Part shown: piece by piece, positions 49,758 through 60,412 of the stretch
How positions within the stretch are numbered: the stretch's first letter is position 1
Layout of the letters: every line of letters starts with the position of its first letter
From: Candidatus Poribacteria bacterium
GTDB lineage: Bacteria > Poribacteria > WGA-4E > PCPOR2b
Length of the DNA stretch: 64,000 bases
Assembly: GCA_965215015.1 (NCBI GenBank)
Contig: OZ244042.1
Coordinates: forward strand, 5,184,001 to 5,248,000
Direction: 5' to 3'
The notes under the pieces: generated by a model
Seen by the model: the letters and a program-made list of their open reading frames with translations, nothing else
Databases searched by the model: none
Told to the model about the DNA's origin: nothing
Position numbers and translations under genes: made by a program

Positions 49758-52500
49758 TCATTGGGCTAAGTTCCTAGCCGAGGGATCATCGGTTGGCTCA
49801 ACACGGACTGGACACACCTTGAGCTCCGCTGTTTCTGTTATTGGGTCGTAACCGGAGCCGGTGAGGATATTGACAGGCACATCGCTGAAGCTGAAACTAG
49901 CGAAGACCGTTCCGCGCGGTGAGCGATTGGTGGATTTCACCTTGACCTTCACACTGCCGCGTACGCTTGATAACTCACACCAGCCACCATCCCTGAGTCC
50001 CCATCCGTGGACATCGGCGGGATTCACCTCAAGGGCTTCTTCGGACAGTAGATAGTCGATGCCCTGTGCCCGACCGGTTTGTGTGCGCGTGTGGTAAGAT
50101 TGGAGTCTGCGTCCGGTTGTCAGCCAGACGGGGAAGTCGTCGCTGATGGTCTCCGCTGGATCTCGATAACGCACGATTGAAAAGATGCCGCGCCCGTTCA
50201 CAAACTCTCCTTCGTGCAATCGGGGGGTGCCGGGGTGATTTTTGTCAGGCACGGGCCACTGGTACTCACTGTTTTCAATACGTTCCCAATCGAGCCCTGC
50301 ATAAATCGGCGAGACGCTGCACAGTTCGTTGAAGACCGCTTTCGGTTCGTCAAAGTCGAATCCTGCCAAGCCGAGTCGTTGGGCGAGTTGACAGATGATC
50401 CACCAGTCGGGTTTAGCTTGTCCTGGCGGTGGCACGGCTGCACGAAGGCGTTGGACGCGGCGTTCTGTGTTCGAGCAAACGCCGTCCGTTTCACCGAAGG
50501 CGGTTGCGGGCAGGACAACATCAGCGAGTTCCGCGGTGTCGGTCAAGAAGATGTCGATAACGACGAAGTGGTCAAGACTCCTCAAGGCGTGTTCGCAATG
50601 CACACGGTCGGGATCGGAGAGTAGTGTGTTTTCGCCATCGATTAGCATAGCGCGGATTTCGTCGCCGCAGAGGTCGAGCGCAGTCACTTTGGTTATCCCT
50701 TTGTCAAGGTCAATCTCTCTGCCGTAGATTTGCTTGAATTTGGCTTGGTTTGCGGGATCTATAACGGACTGGAAGCCGGGATAGTTATTCGGGAGCGCGC
50801 CGCTATCGCCTGCACCCTGAATGTTGTTTTGACCGCGCATCGGGTTGATGCCGGTGCCTTCACGGCCGATGTTGCCGGTCATGAGGGCGAGATTACAGAG
50901 GCTTTGCACATTATCGACGCCGCAAATATGCTCGGTGATGCCGAGCGTGTAGTAGATTGCGGCTTTTTCCGATTCGCCGTACCACATTGCGGCGGTTTCG
51001 ATATCCTTCGCAGGCACCCCACTAATATCCTCTGCCCATTTCGGTGTAAATTCGACGAGGTGTTCGAGAAAAGCGTCGCTGTCTGTCGTGCGGCTTTCGA
51101 TGAAATCTGGATCGATAAGCCCCTCCCGAGCGATGACGTGTGCCATTCCGAGTAGGAGTGCTACATCCGATCCGACCCTGAGTGGCAGATAGAGATTCGA
51201 TAGCTCTGCGAGACCGATTCGCCGCGGATCAGCGACAATCAATTTTGCTCCCCCCGCGATTGCTTTTTTGAGGCGTGTTGCTGCAACAGGGTGGCACTCC
51301 GTCATATTTGTTCCGATGCAGAAGATCACATCCGGCTTTTCCATGTCAACCAATGGGTTAGACATCGCACCGCGTCCGATTGTGGCTGCCAGACCGGCAA
51401 CCGTTGGGGCGTGTCAGGCACGGCTACAGTTATCGATGTAGTTTGTGCCGAATCCGACACGGATGAATTTCTGCATGAGATACGCCGCTTCGCTCGGTGC
51501 ACGCCCGGAGGCAACACCATAGATGCTGTGTCTACCGTGTTTTTCGCTTGCCAGTTGGAACCCATCGGCTGCCCGATCGAGAGCTTCGTCCCAACTCGCT
51601 TCGTGGAGTTCCCCATCCTCTCCACGAACGAGTGGGGTTGTCAACCGGTCGGGATGGTGCACAAAGTCGAAGGCGAACTGCCCCTTGACGCAGAGGGCCC
51701 CCTCGTTTGCGGGGCCATCCATCGCTGGGTGGATGCCGACTATCCTGTCTTCCTTAGTTAGGAGATCAATTGAGCAGCCAACGCCGCAATAGGGACAGAT
51801 GGTGCGGGTTTTCTCGATTTCACCCGGCATCTCGACTGCACGCATCGCCTTCTTGTCGGCGAGGGCACCGGTTGGGCAGGTCTGCACGCACTGTCCGCAG
51901 AAGGTGCACGCTGAGTCTCTCAACGTTCCGTTGAACTCAGTGGTAATCTGGGTATGGAAGCCGCGGTTCATGACGCTGATTGCGTAATCGCCTTCTTGTT
52001 CAGCACAAACACGGACGCACCGGTAGCAGGAAATGCAGAGATCGTAGTCGCGCAGGATAAAGGGATTTTTGTCGTCTGTATTGCTCGTGCCCGACGCTGC
52101 CCCGACGAATCGTCCGGTACGCGCCTCGTAGCGGCTGGCGAGGGTTGTCAGTTCCTGTGACGCATAGCCGCGCAGGGAATCGACCTCGAGTTCACGGTTT
52201 TCGGAAATAACCATCTCCAGCAAGGTCTTTCGGTATTTCTCGATCTCGTCAGTCACGGTCCGGACAACCAGACCGGGCGTCGCCTTCGTCGTACAAGACG
52301 CGACAGGATTTCGGGCACCTTCCAATTCAACGACGCAGAGGCGGCATCCACCGAAGGCTTCAAGGCGAGGGTCGTAGCAGAGAGTTGGAACCTGCTTCTG
52401 ATGTCGCTCCGAGATCTGGTAAATGGTTTCCCCCTCGGTGAAGGTGACTTCCTCTCCGTCGAGCGTTATTGTTGCGGTCTGTTTGGGGGGGGGGGGTCAT
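49758..52500 (-). CDS. fdhA: Selenocysteine-containing formate dehydrogenase alpha subunit (FdhF/FdhA type with N-terminal Fe-S domains); frameshifted at a C12 tract right after the start codon
   Basis: ORFs 51414-52325 and 49758-51365 are in frame across TGA in DNCSRA-U-HAPTVAGL. The upstream frame gives KQTATITLDG...PTLC...CRLC. Also CxxCxxC clusters, CPYCGVGC and RGQNNIQG. ATG 52500 has an AAAGGA RBS but is 1 nt out of frame. Confidence 0.9.
51384..51416 (-). promoter_or_regulatory. UGA Sec codon and bacterial SECIS hairpin
   Basis: UGA, 11-nt spacer, stem GGUUGCC/GGCAGCC with GGUCU loop; same layout as the E. coli fdhF SECIS. Confidence 0.88.
52485..52496 (-). repeat. Poly-C12 (G12 on + strand) homopolymer in fdh codons 2-6
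   Basis: ATG A C12 AAACAG; C11, C8 or C14 would be in frame. Confidence 0.95.
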
Positions 52501-52615
52501 CGTGTTTTTCCTTTCTTTTCTTACAGGGAGACACAAACTTGGGTTAAGCTGGACACTTACGTCACAAGGAGGTGCAAAACGCTAAGAGTCTGTATCCTTA
52601 TGTTTATCTCTATTT

Positions 52616-53371
52616 TTACGAAAGATTAATCCATGCTGATACAGCTGCGTTCCAAAATTGTGCCTGTCCATCTATCATCAGAACTACATTCTGATCGCGG
52701 GCAGCCGTTTCTGCTCCCGATGTCGTCCGATCCCCGGCGGCGATGGGTAAAACGAGCGGTCCGACCCGCCGAATCAGACTTGCCCGTCGCCAAGCCCGAT
52801 CCACATCGTTGCTATCTACCACCGACGAAATTTCTATTGCCAACCAGACTTCGGGACCACCGGGAGACGCTCGCAATTGCCCGGTAGCTAGCAGGTCCAG
52901 ACGAAAAACGTCCCGAAATTCCCCGGGGGCGAGGGTCGTCTCTAACACTTCATCGATCGTGGACAGATCGACAACCTTCAGTCGCCGCATGAGATGCCCA
53001 AAGTACCCATAGATCTTGTTGCGGTAGGTCAACTCTAGCATGTCCCCCTTTAATCTGCTAACCGTGTTATCTATCCGTTGTTGGTTTTCGGTCAGGGCTG
53101 TGACCTGTTCAGTCAGATGTTCTATTGCGGTTTCTATCCGAGATAACCGTTCTTCGACGTTGGCGAGTCGTTCCTCAACATTAGCAAGCCGTTCCTCAAC
53201 ATTAGCGAGTCGTTCTTCGGCGTGCTGTTGTGCTTCTGCCAAGGTGCTGACAATGTCTGGTAAGGTTAGTAATTCGTCAGAGAGTAGCAGCTGCCGTAAC
53301 TCTGATCGCCATTCTGGGTGATCGGATAGCAATTGCACCAAATCATGGTAATCTTCTACGGTAAAAGTCAT
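52616..53371 (-). CDS. Coiled-coil heptad-repeat protein with C-terminal restriction-nuclease-like domain
   Basis: HPEWRSELR N-terminus, EERLANV x3 (21-bp repeats), DLL...IEISSVVDSNDVDRA. Confidence 0.6.
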   Translation of the reverse strand: MTFTVEDYHDLVQLLSDHPEWRSELRQLLLSDELLTLPDIVSTLAEAQQHAEERLANVEERLANVEERLANVEERLSRIETAIEHLTEQVTALTENQQRIDNTVSRLKGDMLELTYRNKIYGYFGHLMRRLKVVDLSTIDEVLETTLAPGEFRDVFRLDLLATGQLRASPGGPEVWLAIEISSVVDSNDVDRAWRRASLIRRVGPLVLPIAAGDRTTSGAETAARDQNVVLMIDGQAQFWNAAVSAWINLS

Positions 53372-53526
53372 TTTTCAGATTCCTCATTCCTCATGGTTTT
53401 TATTTAAAAGCAATTTACCCCCCAAAGTTCCAGCGTGACAATACCTCTTAAATTAGTGATGGTGATACGATTCAAAGGCCGAGTTTATCACAAGTTTGGA
53501 TTCACGTCAAGCCCTTTGCGTCCCTA

Positions 53527-53602
53527 ACTTACCCCCATTTTTTACAGAGTTGTAATGTTGCTTGTTTTTGAGAGGTATAGATGTGAGGAAGGGTTGTCAG
53601 AT
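53527..53602 (+). repeat. Duplicated left end of the IS4-like element (76 bp)
   Basis: Matches 53813-53888 with one mismatch. Confidence 0.9.
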
Positions 53603-53809
53603 TATGACTCACATTCACATCTAAACGACGAGATAGGTGTGAGGTAGGTGCCTCCTTATTGCCTGAATAGCGGCTTCAATGGGTGAAGGGGTTGACACGG
53701 ATTCTTGCCCCGATGTCAAAGGCATCTGAATCAGGATTTTCAGAATTTAAGGATTCATAGGATTAGGTAATCCACGTTTACATCTAAACGGCGGATTCAA
53801 TGGGTGAAT

Positions 53810-54304
53810 CTCACTTACCCCCATTTTTTACAGAGTTGTAATGTTGCTTGTTTTTGAGAGGTATAGATGTGAGAAAGGGTTGTCAGATATGGTAAAATAC
53901 CTCTACCGCTATTATAAGCGAAGAATGCAGATTGAACACGGCTTTCGGGACATCAAGACCGGTTTTGGCTCTGGCAGCTTGAGACTGAAAAAACCGTCAA
54001 AATCTCGCATCAACCTGTTATGGCTCTTCGCTTGTATCAGTTATGGCTTACTGTTTATCACCTATCAAAAGTCAGGCGATCGATGGGCAAAAGCATTCAA
54101 CACACGGACAAAAATCTACTCACTGATTACGGTGATAAAGCGCGTGGGGGCGGAGGCGTGGCGCGGGTGGTGTCTCAATCCATGCTTCACACTCCCACTG
54201 TGCAGGGGAGATACATACAAACACACTTAATGACAACTATTCTCACTATCCTAACTCATAAAAATAAATCAAATCTATAACCAAAAAAAATGGGGGTAAA
54301 TGAG
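53810..54304 (+). mobile_element. Internally deleted IS4-superfamily element
   Basis: TIRs CTCACTTACCCCCATTTTTT / AAAAAATGGGGGTAAATGAG; transposase C-terminus with YREK motif YKRRMQIEHGFRDIK. Confidence 0.8.
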
Positions 54305-55221
54305 TATGAGAATTCGCTTGATCTTCGTGTGAATTTTTGATAAACTAAACATGGAACGCGCGTTAGTGTATGGGTTGATTGATTCATTAATTAGGATTTA
54401 CCCACTTGAGTTTGTAGGCAATTCAACCCGCATCACGATAGACCCTAAATCTCCTGACAGGAGTCGGCATACGCCGTATGCTGTCCCCTACCCCCCCGCA
54501 AGCGGAGGGGAAGGAACGCAAGCGAGGGGAAATCGGCTCAATGCGTCTGTCTCCCAAGCCCCCCTCAGTCCCGAATACCCACACGGTATCAGACCGTTCT
54601 AGGTTCAATGAGCCAGGAACTGGCGGACAACCCACCGGGTATTTAGCAGGGGGAGGGCACGCGGAGCGTGTCTACTCTTTTGGGATTCGCTGTCGCTGCC
54701 CGATGAATCGGGTGTTGTGACACATGTTCACCGCATCTGTAATGGTAGCGTAGAGCCTACTCTCGCTGAAATCCGGGGTGCCTCAACTGCTAAATGCACC
54801 CACATTGGCCTTCTGTCGGTTGATTTTCCAAAATCGAGGCTATAGACATTTGGGTGTCGAGATATGAATATAGACAGACAAGGCGTCGAGGGTTCGACGG
54901 CGTCAGTCCTAAATGTACGAATGAACTGTTGAACGATGTGAAAACGACAACCTCACCAACTCGCACCAAAGATTATAGGTTCCGTTCAACGCAACCTACG
55001 TGCTCAATCGCGGATTGGGCGGATTAAAGGATTGCACGGATTAGATTGGGTAAATGGATTGGGCAAGATGCCTAACCTTTGGGAATTGAGGTTCCGGTGG
55101 GGCGAAAGGTAGAGGGGGGAGCCCCCCGAAAATTGACGGATTTTTTAATAGGTTGTCACTCAGGTTAAAAATCTATTCAGGGGAACGCCTTAAGACTTTT
55201 AAGCATTCTGTGAGGGAAAAT

Positions 55222-56817
55222 ATGAGTAAAAATAAAAAGCCGAATATACTTTTAATTTTGAACGATGACATGGGCTATTCGGACCTCGGGTGTTACGGTG
55301 GTGAGATTCACAGTCCAAATCTGGATCGGCTAGCTGGTAGTGGATTGCGGTTCACACAGTTCTATAATACTGCCCGTTGTTGTCCCTCTCGTGCTTCGAT
55401 GCTGACTGGACTCCACCCGCACCAGACAGGGGTTGGACACATGATGTCAGATGATGGTCTGGAGGGGTATCGCGGGGATTTGAATAACCGCTGTGTTACT
55501 ATCGCTGAAGCCCTTAAGCCTGCGGGCTATCGGACCTACATGAGCGGCAAGTGGCATATCTCACGACACACGGATCCGGACGGACTGAAACACAGTTGGC
55601 CCCTTCAGCGTGGCTTTGATTGCTATTTCGGCATCATCACAGGAGCTGCCAACTATTGGAAGCCGAACACACTGACCCGGGATAATGAGCATATTCCACA
55701 CGACGAAATCCCCGAAGGCTTTTTTCTAACTGACGCTATTAGTGATGAGGCGTCTGCGTTTATCCGGAATCATGCCGAGGAAACTGCTGATCAACCGTTC
55801 TTTACCTATGTTGCCTACACCTCGCCCCATTGGCCCCTCCATGCCCATGACGAAGATATTGCACGATATGAGGGGCGTTTTGCGGCGGGTTGGGATCAAC
55901 TCCGCTTGGAACGGTTGCTGCGGATGCGGGAGATGGGAATCCTTGATGAAAGCTGGTCGTTGAGCGATCGAGACCCGACGCAGCCGCCTTGGGAGGAAGC
56001 GGAGCATAAAGCGTGGAATCAGCGGCGGATGGAGGTCTACGCGGCTCAAATTGATCGCATGGATCGGGGGATTGGTCGAATCCTGACAACATTGGAAGAG
56101 ACGGATCAGTTGGACAACACGCTAATCCTTTTCTTAGCTGATAACGGAGGGTGTGCGGAGGAGCTTCAGGGCCCTGCGAATCGTGTCGGAAAGGATGGCT
56201 TAATCGAGACCGAAACCACCCACGACGGGCAACCGGTGTATCGAGGCAACGATCCGAGCCTCATGCCGGGGCCTGAGACTACGTATCAGAGTTACGGGGT
56301 TCCTTGGGCGAACCTTTCCAACACCCCTTTCCGCGAATACAAGCACTGGGTACATGAGGGGGGCATTGCTACCCCGCTCATCGTGCATTGGCCCGATCGG
56401 ATTCAAACGGCGGGGGTGCTGCGCCATCAGCCGGGGCAACTCCCCGACATCATGGCGACCTGCCTTGAAGTCTCTGGGGCATCCTATCCCGATGAATATA
56501 ACGGGGTTCCGATCTTTCCCTTGGAGGGGACTAGCCTCACGCCTATCTTTGACGGGGAGAATAATGACAGAGACGCACTTGTGTGGGAGCATGAGGGCAA
56601 TGCAGCACTGCGAAAAGGGAAGTGGAAGCTGGTTCGTAAGTATCCGGGGGATTGGGAACTTTACGATATGGAGACTGACCGCACCGAGCGCAACAACCTT
56701 TCTGGGCAGTTTCCAGAGCGAGTTCAGGAACTGAGTGAGCGGTATCAGGAGTGGGCAGATCGCTGTTTTGTTGAACCTTGGGGCGAGATTTTGGAAGGGA
56801 GAAAAACGGAGGCTTAA
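55222..56817 (+). CDS. Arylsulfatase (Cys-type)
   Basis: PNILLILNDDMGYSD, CCPSRASMLTG, GKWH and HEGGIATP motifs. Confidence 0.93.
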   Translation: MSKNKKPNILLILNDDMGYSDLGCYGGEIHSPNLDRLAGSGLRFTQFYNTARCCPSRASMLTGLHPHQTGVGHMMSDDGLEGYRGDLNNRCVTIAEALKPAGYRTYMSGKWHISRHTDPDGLKHSWPLQRGFDCYFGIITGAANYWKPNTLTRDNEHIPHDEIPEGFFLTDAISDEASAFIRNHAEETADQPFFTYVAYTSPHWPLHAHDEDIARYEGRFAAGWDQLRLERLLRMREMGILDESWSLSDRDPTQPPWEEAEHKAWNQRRMEVYAAQIDRMDRGIGRILTTLEETDQLDNTLILFLADNGGCAEELQGPANRVGKDGLIETETTHDGQPVYRGNDPSLMPGPETTYQSYGVPWANLSNTPFREYKHWVHEGGIATPLIVHWPDRIQTAGVLRHQPGQLPDIMATCLEVSGASYPDEYNGVPIFPLEGTSLTPIFDGENNDRDALVWEHEGNAALRKGKWKLVRKYPGDWELYDMETDRTERNNLSGQFPERVQELSERYQEWADRCFVEPWGEILEGRKTEA

Positions 56818-56818
56818 G

Positions 56819-57706
56819 ATGATTCTCACGATGAACCAAAAAGGGATGGAATTGGGCGGAAAGTACCTCGGTTGGCTGCGTGAAGCGAACGCCTTACTTG
56901 GCGATCGCGAGGCACTTCACGCGCGATTAGAGGAGGATGGCTATCTGCTGATTCGCGGTTTGCACGACCCGGAGAAGGTCAAAGCAGCCCGCCGATTCCT
57001 CCTCGAAAAGTTGGACGAAAATGGGCAGCTCGACCGCGCATACTCGCTTTTGGAAGGGGTGCCGGCGGAAGGCAAACGTGGCATGTTTATGGGTGGAAAC
57101 AAAGCCGTCACCCATCAGCCCCCTTTTCTGAATCTGGTCGAATCGCCGGAGATTATGGATTTTTGTGAAGGCTTCTACGATGCGCCCGTTATCACCTACG
57201 ATTATAAATGGTTGCGTGTGGTTGGTCCAGGGGGGTTCACCGGCGCACACTACGACATCGTCTACATGGGACGTGGCACGCAACGGCTCGTCACCTGTTG
57301 GACGCCGCTCGGCGATGTGCCCCTCGACATGGGCCCGTTGGTGATTCTGGTCGGCTCCCACCGTTTTGAGGCTCTCAGGGAGACTTATGGAAAGATGGAT
57401 GTTGATCGGGACCATGTAACCGGCTCATTCTCGTATGATCCGATTGAATTGGCGGATCGCTACGGTGGGCGGTGGGGTACGAGTTCGTTTGAGATGGGGG
57501 ATGTGCTGATTTTCGGTATGTTCACCATGCACGGATCGTTAGACAACACAACCCATCGTTTCCGTCTCAGCACGGACACCCGCTATCAGCGCGCCGATGA
57601 GCTAGTAGATGAACGTTGGATTGGGGAAGCTCCGATCGCACATTATGCTTGGACGAAGGGTGAAACGGTGCCGATGGAGGAGATGCGGAAGCGGTGGGGT
57701 GTCTAG
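56819..57706 (+). CDS. Phytanoyl-CoA dioxygenase (PhyH) family protein
   Basis: EDGYLLIRG, TGAHYD, CWTPLGD, MHGSLDN and RLSTDTRYQ motifs. Confidence 0.88.
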   Translation: MILTMNQKGMELGGKYLGWLREANALLGDREALHARLEEDGYLLIRGLHDPEKVKAARRFLLEKLDENGQLDRAYSLLEGVPAEGKRGMFMGGNKAVTHQPPFLNLVESPEIMDFCEGFYDAPVITYDYKWLRVVGPGGFTGAHYDIVYMGRGTQRLVTCWTPLGDVPLDMGPLVILVGSHRFEALRETYGKMDVDRDHVTGSFSYDPIELADRYGGRWGTSSFEMGDVLIFGMFTMHGSLDNTTHRFRLSTDTRYQRADELVDERWIGEAPIAHYAWTKGETVPMEEMRKRWGV

Positions 57707-57729
57707 TTGTGTTGGGTGGTAATGGCATC

Positions 57730-57815
57730 CGACCAGTCGAATCGTTTTGCCCATACTCCCGCTGGCAAGTGTACTCCCATCTAGAGGAAACGCCACGGAA
57801 AGCCCCAATCCGTGT
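57730..57815 (-). pseudogene. WD40-repeat fragment
   Basis: SVAFPLDGSTLASGSMGKTIRL resembles SVAFSPDGxTLASGSxDxTIRL. Confidence 0.55.
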
Positions 57816-58168
57816 GCCTCTCCACGGTCTGCTGGAGTTCCCCCTCGAAAGCCTGCGCTGTGCATAAACTCGATTTCCTCTTACCATCGAGGGGTGATTG
57901 GCTTTTTGCTTTTCATCGCTAATCTCCTGAATCGCTATGCTCCCTCAAGCAGTCATAGAACGCTGTATCCGCGCTTGCTGCTTTTTTTCTACAGCGGGAT
58001 TCGAGTGCCACTGCCGCTGCGAGCACCTGGGCAGGTGTTTTCATTCTTTTACACGCTGCGACCCATACCAACACTGCACCAAAGGAAGCACCGGTAGCGG
58101 TATCCCAAGGCGACCGTGAAAACGTTTCACGACGGCGTTTCCATCAGTTTCGTTTTATTCCCGATCTA

Positions 58169-58558
58169 TCAGGATTGCGGTGCTTCCCACTTGATGATAC
58201 CGACTTGATTGTAGACCGTTACACGGTTGGCAACTTTACCCGCAGAGAGACGAATCCCCTCTTTGCCCGATGGATTACGGACAATGACACGATTGGCTAG
58301 TTCACTAGTGCGTAAGAGAACCGCAGGCTCACCCAACTTATCGGCAACATCGATACTATTTCCCGTTTCATCGGCACGTAAAACAATTGCCGGTGCCCCT
58401 GACCTATTGACCACCGTTAGCCCGGTGCATTGAATATCACCGAACACGCCATCCCCTTGTGCGATTAGAGGCCGTGAAACGATAGCACCGACACCTATCC
58501 CAATGAGCATAATCACGGCACCCAATACGGTGTAGAAACACTACTGTTTATGATTCAT
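58169..58558 (-). pseudogene. Membrane-anchored beta-rich hypothetical protein with premature TAG at codon 6
   Basis: ATG 58558 gives MNHKQ*CFYTVLGAVIMLIGIGVGAIV...IQCTGLTVVN. Confidence 0.6.
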
Positions 58559-58576
58559 TGGAGGGTGCCTCCGTCC

Positions 58577-58810
58577 CTACAGTGTGTTGGACGCAGCAGC
58601 GGATTGGGCTTCGCGGTCTCGCTCTGCCCGTTCCCTTGCCTGTTTAAGGCGTTTCAGATTCTCCTCACACGGCGAACAGTCCTCTTCGACTTGCAGTCCA
58701 ACCTGTTGGGGAGCGGGAACACCGGGAAAGTTGTCTGTTGCATACGCAATGAACAAACCCACAACGACCAAGAAACAGAATACCCCCCACGTAATCAGAA
58801 ACACTTTCAT
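58577..58810 (-). CDS. Small membrane protein with CxxC and coiled-coil tail
   Basis: 77 aa, N-terminal TM, EDCSPCEE; GGAGG RBS; ATGA overlap with the upstream gene. Confidence 0.6.
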   Translation of the reverse strand: MKVFLITWGVFCFLVVVGLFIAYATDNFPGVPAPQQVGLQVEEDCSPCEENLKRLKQARERAERDREAQSAAASNTL

Positions 58811-59987
58811 TGAGAAACCTCCTCTCTACCCGCCCGACTGCGTAGCCGTTCGACTTGTTCGGCAATCTCTGGGTCGCTTTCTTTCAGACGGCGGAGCCCT
58901 TCTTCGGTACCATACCGCTCCAAAGTGGACATGGCCCACTCGAACCGTTCTGATGAAAACTGTTCTTTCAGTGAGGTTTCAAAAGCTTCTATGGTGGGAA
59001 GATCGGTTGGTACTTGGGGCACATCGGTCAACCCCGGTGCCGGTGTTGCTGCGGCCTCAGTTTCGGGGGTGGGAATTGTGGGGGGGCTAAAGCATCCGTC
59101 GCTGGCGAGGACATACTTGGGCTTTTCCCCGTCGTTGCGTCAGAAGATACCGAAGGATTTTTCATAACGGACGATAGGTCCCACGAAGGTGCGGCCCCCT
59201 GTGACTCGGGTACATCACCTCCTGCTGCCTCTGCAGCAGCGACAATACTGGCTGCGTTTCGCTGCACGTCGGATACCCATATCAAAGTTGGGTTGCTTTC
59301 CACGCCTTCCCGCTCAATTAGGCGATACCCATCGAAACCGTCACCAAAACGCCCAAAGAGCCATGGGGCATACCGTTTGTCTTTGCTTTTAAGCTCGCGT
59401 ACTACTTTCATACGTTGCATTGCTGCTGCTATTGGGTCTGTCAGGTCTACCGGCTCTTGAGAAAGAAATAGCTTTGCCATTTTTAGACGCATCTCTGGGT
59501 CATAATCTACCGGTTCCCCCGTGGGAAAGTATTTACGGAACATCTCAGGGAACTCCCGTGTTACCGAGAGCCCTTGCGATTCCAAAAAGTTATTCCATTT
59601 TCGGAAACTAGGGCCATTTATCCGCATGTCTTTCAGATACTCCAAAAGCTCCGGCGAATCCATAGCCTTGAGTAATTGTTGCGCGCGGGGGGTTGCGAGC
59701 CCCTCTTCGCTATGTATGGACGTAAAATTACGTTTGCCGCGCCGTGCGATTCTTTCCTCAGGGGTTAACTGTTCTTCTCCCGGATTTCCATCGGGATTTT
59801 GAGCAGGTGTCACTCTATTGTTGATAGGGGACCCCGATTGGTATTCGCTACTGGAATTCTCATGCGTTGAGATCCTCCTGTCCTTATGCTCTTTTAAGAG
59901 AAACCACGCCGATACACAAAGGGCTATCCCTATCAACAGCGCGCTGAATACATAAACTGAATTTGTCAACGTTGATTTGGTTTTCAT
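58807..59987 (-). CDS. Membrane-anchored lineage-specific protein, frameshifted at a C7 tract (59080-59086)
   Basis: MKTKS...TM after an AGGAGG RBS; adding one C joins ORF 59028-60104 to ORF 58807-59031 (…LERYGTEEGLRRLKESDPEIAEQVE). Confidence 0.65.
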
Positions 59988-60412
59988 CGGTCTCAACCTC
60001 CTAAAGAAGGAGACAGAATTTTCGTTCTGCCACTTTGTTGAAAACAGCTTCTTCTCCTCGTGCCATCGCTTCTCTCTGCAAACAAAAAAGGGCTGCCTAC
60101 TCAAATCACACAGTCCCTCCCGTTTCGATCGAAATCAATGGCAAAAAAGGTGTATACTTACAATAAAGATAAAGAAGTGGTTTGAGGCCTCGTCTCAAGT
60201 TACTTCCGGGGGCTTCGAGCCGCTAACTCGAGATTTCCATAATCTATTGTACATCATTTGCCATCATTTGCAAATATCTGTCAACCGTTTTTATTCGATT
60301 GTAGCGTATCAAAAACACCTGCCCCCTTCCTCAAAACGCCATACAAGCGCAAATACCTCCTTTTTATGCCCTGCCTACTGTGCGCGATCCGCTTTTGCAT
60401 AATGCGCCGGCA

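Noticed and set aside
49758-51365. Separate 535-aa molybdopterin oxidoreductase gene
   Set aside because: It is the in-frame continuation after the Sec UGA of the upstream ORF.
58541-58543. In-frame TAG as pyrrolysine or readthrough
   Set aside because: Non-catalytic position in a signal region, no pyl genes seen; a nonsense mutation is simpler.
60195-60240. tRNA fragment / att site
   Set aside because: Only a loose TTCGA-like loop; no cloverleaf or CCA end could be built.
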